From: Eledone cirrhosa
Taxonomy: Eukaryota
Length of the DNA stretch: 64,000 nucleotides
NCBI GenBank assembly: GCA_964016885.1
Contig: OZ024740.1
Span: 393,266,001 to 393,330,000 of the forward strand
Direction: 5' to 3'
Shown: piece by piece, positions 37,576 to 47,460 of the stretch
Numbering within the stretch: position 1 is the stretch's first letter
Layout of the letters: each line of letters opens with the position of its first letter
Position numbers and translations under genes: made by a program
The notes under the pieces: generated by a model
Database searches by the model: none
What the model was told of the DNA's origin: nothing
What the model saw: the letters and a program-made list of their open reading frames with translations, nothing else

Positions 37576-38637
37576 TTTTGGGAAAATGCTTTACAGAGAA
37601 AATATATTCATACATTTACATACTTGCAAAACCCACTTTAGTAAACACTGTTACAGAATAGACAAATAAACTCCTAGCAGAATTTAACAGTAATGAGGTT
37701 TCAATACCCACTTGTAGACATTTAAATTAATCACTAATTCCTTCTCAAGGAAAACAAGAAGCATGAATGACACACAACTTAATTCCTCTTCTTTATTATA
37801 AATATACCTATGTAAAGAAGCATTAGTAATGGATAAAGGTTGGCCTTATCACTTGTATGGAAAGGAAATAATAAAATGATTATGAAGGCAACAAAAAATA
37901 TAATAACCCTTACCCCCCCCAAAAGCAGAAGTAAAGAAGGGAGAAGCAAACAAAATGGGATAAAAAATATATAAGTACTATACAATAAACCAATTGTTTT
38001 CTCTTTAGCATCATTTTCTTGTTAGCAATTTTATGGAGACTTCAGTAATTTCTTCTCCATTTCTATTCAATTCTAAGCAGGTAAGGGATCTGATGGAGGC
38101 TTGAAAACAGTTACAGAGATATTTTAAACAGAATTAGTGTATTTACAGCCGGGATTCTCTTCCAACTCAGCCTATTGCTTAACAATAAAGATAACAAAAA
38201 CAAATAAATAAATAAAATAAAACTTGGCAGGCAATGAGTCTGTTTTCTTAATTTTGATTATAGATTTAGATTATTCTTGGAGGACTTTCTCTTAAATCAA
38301 TTAAAAAAGTCTAAAAAAACAAAAACAAACCCCAAATATCCAAGAAATGCAAGATTTGGAATGAAGAAATTTGTGAGCTTTAAAGAAGAAAGAATGTAAA
38401 AGAAAAACAAATTTGGTATGTATGTGTATAGAATAGAATGGATAAAGATGGGATAAAATTTGTAGTGATTTAAAGTAAAAGAAGCTATGGCATGGTTTAC
38501 AAATGATGGATCACAAATAGAAGTTACACTGCCGGATGGAACAAGTTAACAACTATGTGTGTGCATATGTGTATATTTCTATCAACAGAAATATAAGTGT
38601 ATATATGTATGTATGCATAGACACATTTGTGTGTGAG

Positions 38638-38684
<47 letters not shown>

Positions 38685-38687
<3 letters not shown>

Positions 38688-39257
38688 TCATCATCATCAC
38701 CGTTTTACGTCCGTTCTTCCACGCTAGCATGGGTTAGACGAGTTGTCCTGTTGTGGGCAGTGTCTGGTCGGCTGACCATGCCTTGTTCATACAGGAACTG
38801 ATTTTGGCTTGATTTCTACAGCTGGATGCCCTTCCTAACACCACCTCATTTACAGTGAGTGCTGGGTGTTTTTCGTGGCGCCTACACGTCCACTTTACAG
38901 TGTGGGCTGGGTGCTTTTTTGCCATGGCACCTCCACGACCACCTTGCAGTGGGAGGGTGTGGGGGCATATTGTCTATATGCTTCAGCTTGTACCCATGGG
39001 GGGTCGGGTACTCTGTATTACTGCGTGACGCCAGAGGTCACGGTCGTGTGTCATCGCCTTTGAGAGGTGTAATTGGGTAAAGTCGGCTTTTATCACCTCC
39101 TCCCAGGTCTTCTTTGGTCTCCCCACTCCGCGGTTTCCATTGACTTCTAGTGCTCTGCACCTTTTTATGCAGCTGTCATCCTTCATACGCATCACATGTC
39201 CATACCAACGCAACCACCTCTCTTGCACACAGCATTTGATTCCTCTTATGCTCAGTC
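38685..39257 (-). mobile_element. RTE family B, short 3' copy
   Basis: WLRWYGHVMRM...GRPKKTWEEVIK...RPPMGTS*. Matches the 3' end of 55357-57836. (GAT)n tail, (TA)n on both sides. Confidence 0.92.
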
Positions 39258-39268
39258 TATATATATAT

Positions 39269-39510
39269 AATGCTCTATCTATTCCCCTGTCAATTTTATC
39301 TTTGCAACAATCCAATACACATTGTAATGTGGTTGGTGATAGGAATGGCATCCAGCCATAGAAAGCTTGCCAAACAAAGGGTTGGGAGGACCATTCAGTT
39401 GTGTCAAAGACATGACAACCTCTCTAGTGTACTTGGTGGAATGTGAGACCATACATAAGCAAGACACAGATCCCTGGCCTGTCTTGGAGGTCAGTAGCCT
39501 TGCTTCAGTA
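39269..39510. repeat. Inverted duplicate of 43812-44058
   Basis: Reverse complement is almost identical over about 240 bp, apart from one indel region. Bounded by (TA)n. Confidence 0.92.
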
Positions 39511-39521
39511 TATATATATAT

Positions 39522-40318
39522 AATTGTTATATAGAAAGGTGCATTATTGGTTGTGTCATACGGTCCAATAAACTTTTGTTAGCAATATTAAATTCTCCAC
39601 GCTTTTGTATATCTCCAATTCCATTTATGGGAACAGCTAGATGATGTAACATGGAGTATTTGTATCAAAATAAAGATCCAAAGGCATGGTAAAAATTTCC
39701 AATCATTTTAATCACGACACGTTTCTATAAGAGATAGATCGATTGTGCGGCCATGATTGATTATCACTGATCTCGGCAGGTGAAAATGAATTGTATAGGA
39801 TTGCGGTTGACCCAATTTCTCCAATTTACATTGTCAAATTGAGATTTGACCAATATAACATTTGTTGTTTTGTAAACTAACTTTTGGTGAATACTATGTT
39901 GGTATATATATATATATTTTTTCTTCGACTTCGCGTCGGTGTGTGTGAGTGTATGTGTACTCACTCACACTAACTGTGACCGACTGTAATTCTAAAGATT
40001 TGATGTTGAGATTAGACCCGTCCAGCGTCTTTTACAGCTATTGAGAGATAGACTTGATAGTTTTATGACCCTAACTGAGGACGATAACAGTCGGCGTGTT
40101 TTGGCTGCTAAATCTTCCTATGGGGGACAAAACTCTAGTGAGTGAACATCGTTAAATTTTCTCCCTCATATCAAGGATTTGAAGACAATTCATTTTCACC
40201 TGACAAGATCAGTGATAATCGATCATGGCCGCACAATCGATATATCTCTTATTGAAACATGTGTCGTGATTAAAATGATTGGAAATTTATACCATGCCTT
40301 CGGATCTTTATTTTGATA
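39522..40318 (-). mobile_element. Fold-back element with decayed hammerhead in each arm (PLE-like)
   Basis: Arms 39663-39794 and 40185-40318; unpaired tail 39522-39662; spacer contains (TA)n. Confidence 0.75.
40196..40269 (+). ncRNA. Decayed minimal type I hammerhead (mirror copy 39712-39783 on minus)
   Basis: TCAC CTGACAA ...long stem II... GAAAC ATGT GTC GTGA. The mirror has CTGCCGA and GAAACGTGTC. Together they reconstruct CTGACGA...GAAAC ACGT GTC. Confidence 0.62.
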
Positions 40319-40667
40319 TGGAGGCACATGGTTGGTGGTTAGAGCATTGGCCTTGCAATCGAAAGGTTGTGTGTTCAATTCTCAGACCGGGTGATGTGTT
40401 GTTTCCTTGAGTAAGACACTTTATGTCACATTGTTCCAGTTTACTCAGCTGTAGAAATGAGATGATAGGGACTGGGGTCCATATCATTCCACTGCAAAGT
40501 GGTCGTGGAGGTGCCACGGCAAAAAAGCACCCAGCACTCACTATAAATGAGGTTGGTGTTAGGAAGGGCATCCAGCTGTAGAAATCAAGCCAGAATCAGT
40601 TCCCGTCCCACCCCTGCAAGCAGGGAAAAAGCGGACGTAAAATGAAATGATGATGAAATAATGATGA

Positions 40668-40670
<3 letters not shown>
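40319..40670 (+). mobile_element. CORE-type SINE with RTE-like tail
   Basis: Near-identical to 24091-24433. Confidence 0.9.
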
Positions 40671-40688
<18 letters not shown>

Positions 40689-40709
<21 letters not shown>

Positions 40710-43689
40710 CATCATCATCATCATCATCATCAGGTTTAGCGTCCGTGTTCCACGCTTGCATGGGTTTGGATGGGGGTTTTCCCACTTGAGGCAAGAGTGG
40801 TTGTCTTGCTCGCATAGGACTGTCTGGCGGGTTTTCTACAGTTGGATGCCCTTCCTAACACCAACCACATTTACAGTGTGGGGCTGGGAGGTTTTTACCG
40901 TGTTGCCTACACGGCCACATTACAGCGTGGACTGTCTGGCGGGTTTTCTACAGCTGGATGCCCTTCCTAACACCAACCACATTTACAGTGTGGGGCTGGG
41001 AGGTTTTTACCGTGTTGCCTACACGGCCACATTTACAGCGTGGACTGTGTGTTTTTTTGTCGTGACACCTACACGATCTCATTTGTTTCGGCCTGGATGT
41101 TGTGGGACCAACATAACTTTACATTGAAAGGGGCGGTGTGGGTGGGGTGGAGGGTGGTGGGACGGGGGTGTGTTTTGATAGAGATGCCTACTGACTGTAG
41201 TAGGTTTTTACTTTGTATTTAGGTAAGGCGGGTCTTCTCTATTACTGAGTACCGCCAAAGGTCTCGGTCCAGTGACATTGTCTTGGAGAGGTGTAAGCGT
41301 GTGAGGTCGGAATTTATCAGCTCGTCCCATGTTTTTCTGGGTCTGCCTACTCCGTGGCTACCGTCTATCTTTATTGCCCTGCACTTTGTTATACAGCTGT
41401 CGTCTTTCATGCGCATCACGTGACCGTACCAACGTAGCCTTCTCTCGAGTAAACAACATCTGATCCCTCTTATTTCTAATTTTTTCCTTAGTTCGTTTAT
41501 GCTTTGCCGTTCACGTATATTACTATTGCACATCCAGCGGAGCATGCAAGCTTCGTTCCTCTCTAGTCTGCGTATATCCTCTGCACACAATGCCCAGGTC
41601 TCACTGCCATGCAGCATTGCTGTTCGTATGCAGGCATCGTATAACCTGCCTTTCATTTTTAGGGAGAACCCTCTAGCGGCTAATAGTGGTATAAGCTCTC
41701 TGAACTTTTTCCATCCAGTTCTGACTCTAGCTACTGTACTTTCAGAGCACCCTCCCCCACTGCTGATTTTGTCACCCAGATAACGGAAGCTGTCCACTAT
41801 TTCTATAGAACCCTCTGCGCAGTTGAAGGAGCTAGTATTTTGTGGGCACTTGCTGCTACTTATTGCACCAGAGCACCGGCCACATGTAAAATCTATGTTC
41901 TTAGTTAGCTTACCTGTGATCCCACTACATCTTTTATGCACCCATACTTTGCATTTGGGACATAAAATGGAGTTTCTACCTACGCCTTTCCTACACACTG
42001 AGCATGGCCATTTCCCCGATGGGACCGCCGCCTTATTTTCTTTCCTACAAACTAGAACTTTAGTCTTAGCCAGGTTAATTTTAAGGCCTTTTGATTCTAG
42101 GCCGTGCTTCCACGTTTGGAATTTCTTCTCTAGTTCGGTCATTGATTCAGCTATGAGCGTTAGATCATCTGCGTATAGGAGTTCCCATGGGCAGCCGGTC
42201 TTGAACTCCTCTGTTATAGCCTGAAGGGCAATAATAAATAGTAGGGGGCTAAGAACAGAGCCCTGATGGACACCAACTTTTACGCTAAACTCTTCACTAT
42301 ATTCGTTGTTAATTCTAACCTTACTGACTGTTTCTTTATACATGGCTTGTATAGCTCTCACAAGCCATTCGTCAACACCTAGTTTTCTAAGAGACCACCA
42401 GATAATGGAACGGGGGACTCTGTCGAAGGCTTTCTCCAAGTCGACGAAAGCTAAGTATAGGGGTTTACTTTTAGCTAGGTACTTCTCCTGTAGTTGTCGT
42501 ACAATGAAAAGAGCGTCTGTGGTACTTTTGCCTGACACAAACCCGAACTGCATTTCATCTAGATCAATTCTCTCTCTGATTAGTTGCGCTATTACTTTTT
42601 CCGTGACCTTCATGACCTGGTCGATTAATTTAATGCCTCTATAGTTACTCCTATCTAGGGCATCTCCTTTTCCCTTATAGCAGTTAACGATGATGCTGCT
42701 ACGCCATTCCTTCGGAACAACCCCATTCTGTACGACTTGGTTAACTATCCGGGTGACCATGGTGTGTCCCACCGAACCAGATGCCTTCAGCATCTCAGCA
42801 ACTATTTCCGAAGGCCCAGCCGCCTTACCCGTCTTCATATCTTTGATTGCCTTACTTATTATACTACCTTCAACTAACACTGCTGGTCCCTCTATTGGAT
42901 CGATCTGGAGGAGACTGTCTTTCTCCCATTTGTTCTCCTCATTTAGAAGCCTTTCGTAGTGACACTTCCAAGCTACCTTCTTATCAGCGTCGGTGATGGC
43001 TAGTATGCCATCATCGTTAAGTACACACTTCTCCCCGACAATATCACGGTTTTCCTTGACACATTGCCTGGCAATCCTGAACACCTCACGTTTTTGGTCC
43101 TCACGTTGTAGAACATGCTTGAACTTTCTTTCCTCTGCTTCCCTTCTTGCGAAGTACACTTGTCTCCTAGCTTCCCTCCTGGCCACTTGATAGTCTTCTC
43201 TACTTCCCCCATCCCGCCATACTTTCCAAGCCTGCTTTTTGGCCTTAATTGACTCCTCCACCTTACTGTTCCACCACCATGTTACTCTCCTCCTACCTAC
43301 AGGCCTGCTCCAGCCACAGACTTCGTCTGCCGCCATCAGCAGGTTTGCTCTCAGGAATTCCCACTGTTCCTCTATATTATACGACTCTAATTGCTCTTCC
43401 TTACTGTCGAAAGCGTCAAGTAATATGCTTTGGAATTTATTTCTGGCTATGGGGTCCTTTAGCTTCCATATTTTTCTCCTGAGGATAGTCCTCTTCCGCT
43501 GTCTAGTACGTCTCGTCCTGACTATGAGGTCGCTAATTATCAGTCTATGTTGGGAGGTGAATTCTTCATGGGGGTGGGATTTAGTGTTAACAACAGACAC
43601 TCTGTCACGTCTTCTGGTAAGGATATAATCTACCTGGCTTGTGTGTTCCCCCGATCTATAGGTGATCAAGTGATTGTCTCGTTTTTTGA
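40689..43689 (-). mobile_element. RTE-clade LINE family A, longest copy (5'-truncated within the endonuclease)
   Basis: Open ORF2, 3' UTR with a 112-bp tandem duplication (40817-40928 / 40929-41041), (GAT)n tail, (TA)n on both sides. Confidence 0.96.
41219..43687 (-). CDS. RTE LINE ORF2, partial: APE endonuclease C-terminus, reverse transcriptase, PHD-type finger
   Basis: 822 uninterrupted codons: TYRSG..SQVDYIL...SQHRL (APE), NYRGIKL, QFGF, FVDLEKAFD, GVHQGSVLSP, YADD, FRYLG, RRLRWYGHV. The first 23 aa of the listed 845-aa ORF are microsatellite, so there is no native start. Confidence 0.93.
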   Translation of the reverse strand, partial: KKRDNHLITYRSGEHTSQVDYILTRRRDRVSVVNTKSHPHEEFTSQHRLIISDLIVRTRRTRQRKRTILRRKIWKLKDPIARNKFQSILLDAFDSKEEQLESYNIEEQWEFLRANLLMAADEVCGWSRPVGRRRVTWWWNSKVEESIKAKKQAWKVWRDGGSREDYQVARREARRQVYFARREAEERKFKHVLQREDQKREVFRIARQCVKENRDIVGEKCVLNDDGILAITDADKKVAWKCHYERLLNEENKWEKDSLLQIDPIEGPAVLVEGSIISKAIKDMKTGKAAGPSEIVAEMLKASGSVGHTMVTRIVNQVVQNGVVPKEWRSSIIVNCYKGKGDALDRSNYRGIKLIDQVMKVTEKVIAQLIRERIDLDEMQFGFVSGKSTTDALFIVRQLQEKYLAKSKPLYLAFVDLEKAFDRVPRSIIWWSLRKLGVDEWLVRAIQAMYKETVSKVRINNEYSEEFSVKVGVHQGSVLSPLLFIIALQAITEEFKTGCPWELLYADDLTLIAESMTELEKKFQTWKHGLESKGLKINLAKTKVLVCRKENKAAVPSGKWPCSVCRKGVGRNSILCPKCKVWVHKRCSGITGKLTKNIDFTCGRCSGAISSSKCPQNTSSFNCAEGSIEIVDSFRYLGDKISSGGGCSESTVARVRTGWKKFRELIPLLAARGFSLKMKGRLYDACIRTAMLHGSETWALCAEDIRRLERNEACMLRWMCNSNIRERQSINELRKKLEIRGIRCCLLERRLRWYGHVMRMKDDSCITKCRAIKIDGSHGVGRPRKTWDELINSDLTRLHLSKTMSLDRDLWRYSVIEKTRLT

Positions 43690-45081
43690 TGTATATATAT
43701 ATATGTGTATATATATATATGTATATATATATTATATTATCATCATCATCTAACATCTACTTTCCATGCTAACAAGGGTTGAATGAGTCTACATAGGCCA
43801 AGCCAACTCAGTACTGCAGCAAGGCTACTGACCTCCAAGACAGGCCAGGGATCTGTGTCTTGCTTATGTATGGTCTCACATTCCACCAAGTACACTAGAG
43901 AGGTTGTCATGTCTTTGACACAACTGAATGGTCCTCCCAACCCTTTGTTTGGCAAGCTTTCTATGGCTGGATGCCATTCCTATCACCAACCACATTATAT
44001 CACCAACGACATTACAATATTGCAAAGATAAAATTGACAGGGGAATAGATAGAGCATTGATAAATTAGTTGACTAATTATTGTATATTTTGTATGAATAA
44101 TTATGTTTGCAATATTAATGTCTGTGTGTGTTTATACATAGAAAGGGATAAAGGTAGAGAAGAAAGAGCGCAAGAGAAAGTGAGAATAAGGATGAGAGCT
44201 GAAATTGATTGTGTTGTGAGAGAGAGTAAAAGGAGAGTAAAAAAGAAGTGAAATCTGTAAAAAAAGTTTTAGACAGAAATATTTCTTTATTTCTTTCTCT
44301 TTTATATTTTCATTAAGATACTTTTGTTTATGACTTTTTTCTTCATCTTTAGAAAATATCAACAGAAAAGAGTAATGTTTATATATATGCATAAATACAT
44401 ATCTACATGTATAGATAGATGTATACACATATGTGTGTTTGTTTATATATAAACACACATATATTTTTATATGTATGCATTCATACACACACTTCACAAA
44501 ATAGTGGCAAGGCTGTCTCTCTTTGTGAAGAATTAAATCAGGGAAGAGACTGTATAAGTTTTGACAGAATTGAACTGAAAACAGGAGTCAGATTAGTTGA
44601 GTTGAAATGATTATAGTAATCTTAAACATCTGGTGAAGTTTGGAGGCAAAATAAAAAGTAAATGAATAAGAAAAAAATAACAACAACAAAAGTCAGACTC
44701 CTGAAAAAAACACACACAAAACAAGACAAAACGAAAGAGTAACAGCTACAACAACAAAACTCTCTTGGAAAAACAACAATAAGTACCTTAGCAACAATTG
44801 AAGAAGAAAAATAGGTGCACAGCACCAGCAGCCTTATTAAAGAGTAATCAGCTGTGACAAAGTGCCATAGTCAGCCCTGCATCACACAAAGGAGAAATGA
44901 TGTAGATGTGAAGAAATATGCAGTGATGTGCAGCCGTGTGTAAAACAATGTTAAATTATTGAAACTGGTTACTTACGCACACATATTGCCCCCACAAAAA
45001 GAAGAAAAAAAAAATGAGGGGTTTCTGAATATATATATATATATATATTTAGTATGAGCAAAGTTTCATACATTTAACATG

Positions 45082-45172
45082 TATGTGCTACCATTGGTTT
45101 CCAGGTCCAGTCATGGCCACAACTGTATAATGGAGGAGGTAATTTTAAAATGCCCCTTCATTCAGGCACATA
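45082..45172 (-). ncRNA. Type I hammerhead motif, CUGAAUGA core (left arm, stem II more decayed)
   Basis: Reverse complement: TATGTGC CTGAATGA AGGGGC...GGACCTG GAAAC CAATG GTA GCACATA. Confidence 0.6.
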
Positions 45173-45190
45173 GACAAAGATATTTTTGTC

Positions 45191-45281
45191 TATGTGCCTG
45201 AATGAAGGGCCAGTTTAAAAATGCCTCCTCCATTATACAGTGGTGGCCATGGCTGGCCCCCGAAACCAGTGGTAGCACATA
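45191..45281 (+). ncRNA. Type I hammerhead motif with one extra core nucleotide (CUGAAUGA)
   Basis: 7-bp stem I TATGTGC/GCACATA; CTGAATGA 45198-45205; stem II GGGCCAG/CTGGCCC; GAAA 45262-45265; C-CAGTG-GTA cleavage region. Confidence 0.72.
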
Positions 45282-46499
45282 CATGTTAAGTGTATGAAAC
45301 TTTGTTTATACTATACAAGCTCTCTTCCAACAGATTGAGCACTGTTTTCCTTTGTCTTTCATTTATGGATTTCTACCAACACACACACATATATACTCTT
45401 TTACTTGTTCCAGTCATCCGGCTGAGGCCATGTTGGGGTATATATATATATATAATAGATGGCATGGCATGCTGATAAGATAAGTTCATTCTTGTTCCAT
45501 TCAAATACTCTTACTATTTATACTACAGCTACTACTACTACTGTTACTATTCTCTGGTTCTCCATGTGGCTGTGGCCTCTGAAGTGTCATGTAATTGTAG
45601 TCACGCACCTCTTCAATCACCTTTGGACAATGATGATGGTTAACAATGTGACCATGTATATTCAGTTTATTGTTGTTGAGCCATGCGTTAGTCCTAATCA
45701 ATAAAACCTATCCTTAACCCTTTCATCATCATATGTCTAATGAAAGGCACTGCCTATGATCCACCATTAATTTTGAAAATAAAATAAAAATTGATGGGAT
45801 TTTGAAATATAACTTATTTTCTTATTATTAATTTGATGTTTGGAACATAACAAAGATTCTTAGATTTTTGTAATGTTGAACCAGGGGCAATTCTAGGCAG
45901 TTTGGTATCAATAAGCTGAAGGCATTCCAGCCACAAGCAACCATGTCTTTTGTTCAGGCATATCATATCAAAGATTATATTAGTTTTTTTAAAGACAATA
46001 CATTGTGATTTTATGTAAATTGCTATAAATCTAGTAGCTTGAGTAACTCTGAGAGGCTTTCTTATCAGCTTGCTTTGCCTCCCTTTACAGTTCATTTAGA
46101 CTCCCTTGAGTCAGGAATTTGTCTTGAGTCCCTCCTGACTATTTTTCTAGAGCAGTTTTTTCCAACCTTTAAGCAGAACCTCTCCCTAAAACACTTAGAT
46201 ATTTATGACCATACCTCCAACGTTTACTCTTATGTACTAAAGATAGTGGCTGTATTTAAACTTAAAATGTAAACAAGGTTGTTTTAAGTTCAATGCTTGC
46301 TATGTGGAGCAAGATGCCAGATCTATGCTGATGATGTTTTGGTCTTAGAGCACAGAATGCACTCTGGTATTAATAATAACATATTGAGACATCCATACAT
46401 TTTTGAAGCAAACGTTTTAAAAATAAAATTAAAAATCTATTAGAATATAATCTAATTTAGCAGCATAGTCTGTTTTTCCCTTATCTTTACTTCACTGAT

Positions 46500-46795
46500 T
46501 CCTCACACCACTTTCAAACCTTTCAACAATTCTCTTTCCTGACCACTTATATATGAGCAACAATACCATCTAATGTGTTCTTGCATCCTTTAAAACCTAC
46601 ATGCTTCCTGTGATTCGCCAACACTACACCTGATGTCGCCCCCCCCCCATACTCACGTACGCATGTATTTCATGACTCGTACACTGTTCATTTTCCTGAC
46701 ATTTGTACATTATTCTATGTACTATACATGCACCTTTGAAGAGTTGTAGTGGACCTGAGCACTGTACACAATAATTTCATTATTATTATTATTAT
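46500..46795 (+). mobile_element. Probable CR1/L2-group LINE 3' end
   Basis: Decayed NS.FP...N..P..V...FK-like remnant, then a UTR ending in (ATT)n. Confidence 0.4.
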
Positions 46796-47299
46796 TCAAG
46801 ATGGCAGTGTGTGATTTGAGGGTAATTTGTTTGGTATTTTCAGCAGGTCATATAGCCCTCATTGTCTCATATTTTCCTGCTGTTACGGTTGGTGGTTTAT
46901 TATGATAACAATAGTGGTGCACAGATAAGATTTCAAATATCCTGATATATAATTTCCAAAGTTTCCAGTTTGTAAATATGCTCTGCTTACATATTCAGTC
47001 ATAAATCTATCTTAAATCTCAGTAGTCAGTAGTCTCTGTGTTGTTAGATAACTTGTCATAAAATATAGCTACCCAATGTATCGCTAATGAAATAAATAAT
47101 TGATACATCAATCAATACTTCCCTGGTCAAATGAGGTTACTTAACATGCTGTAATCTTAGGACAGATATGAGAGGTTAACCAGATTTTAAATCCCCTTCA
47201 AGACACTTTTATTCACTTTTGGTTAAGATCTAATATTCTAACAAGAATTATTTCATGTGTTATTGGCATATATTATTATAGCATGTTTACAGAAAGCAA

Positions 47300-47460
47300 T
47301 AGACGGCAAATTGGCAGAGTCGTTAGAATGTCGGATAGTATGCTTTATGGTATTTGTTCCAGCTCTCTGCTCTCTGAGTTCAAATCCCGCCGAGATCAAT
47401 TTTGCCTTTCATCCTTTCGAGGTTGATAAAAAAAGTACCAGTCTAGTACTGGGGTGGATT
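47300..47460 (+). mobile_element. Meta-like SINE (older copy)
   Basis: TGGCAGAGTCGTTAGA ... GAGTTCAAATCC ... TTTGCCTTTCATCCTTTCGAGGTTGATAAAA. Further decayed copies near 9.2, 10.7, 13.2-13.4, 14.4, 24.5, 25.3, 35.6-36.0, 48.5, 49.5 and 54.6 kb. Confidence 0.75.

Larger units (their letters stand above)
45051..45380 (+). mobile_element. Fold-back element with hammerhead in each arm
   Basis: Arms 45051-45178 and about 45185-45312, short spacer, tail 45313-45380, TA/CA repeats on both sides. Confidence 0.8.

Noticed and set aside
43688-43756. N-terminus MLDDDDNIIYIYIY of the 845-aa ORF
   Set aside because: Read-through into (TA)n and (CAT)n flank, not part of the LINE protein.
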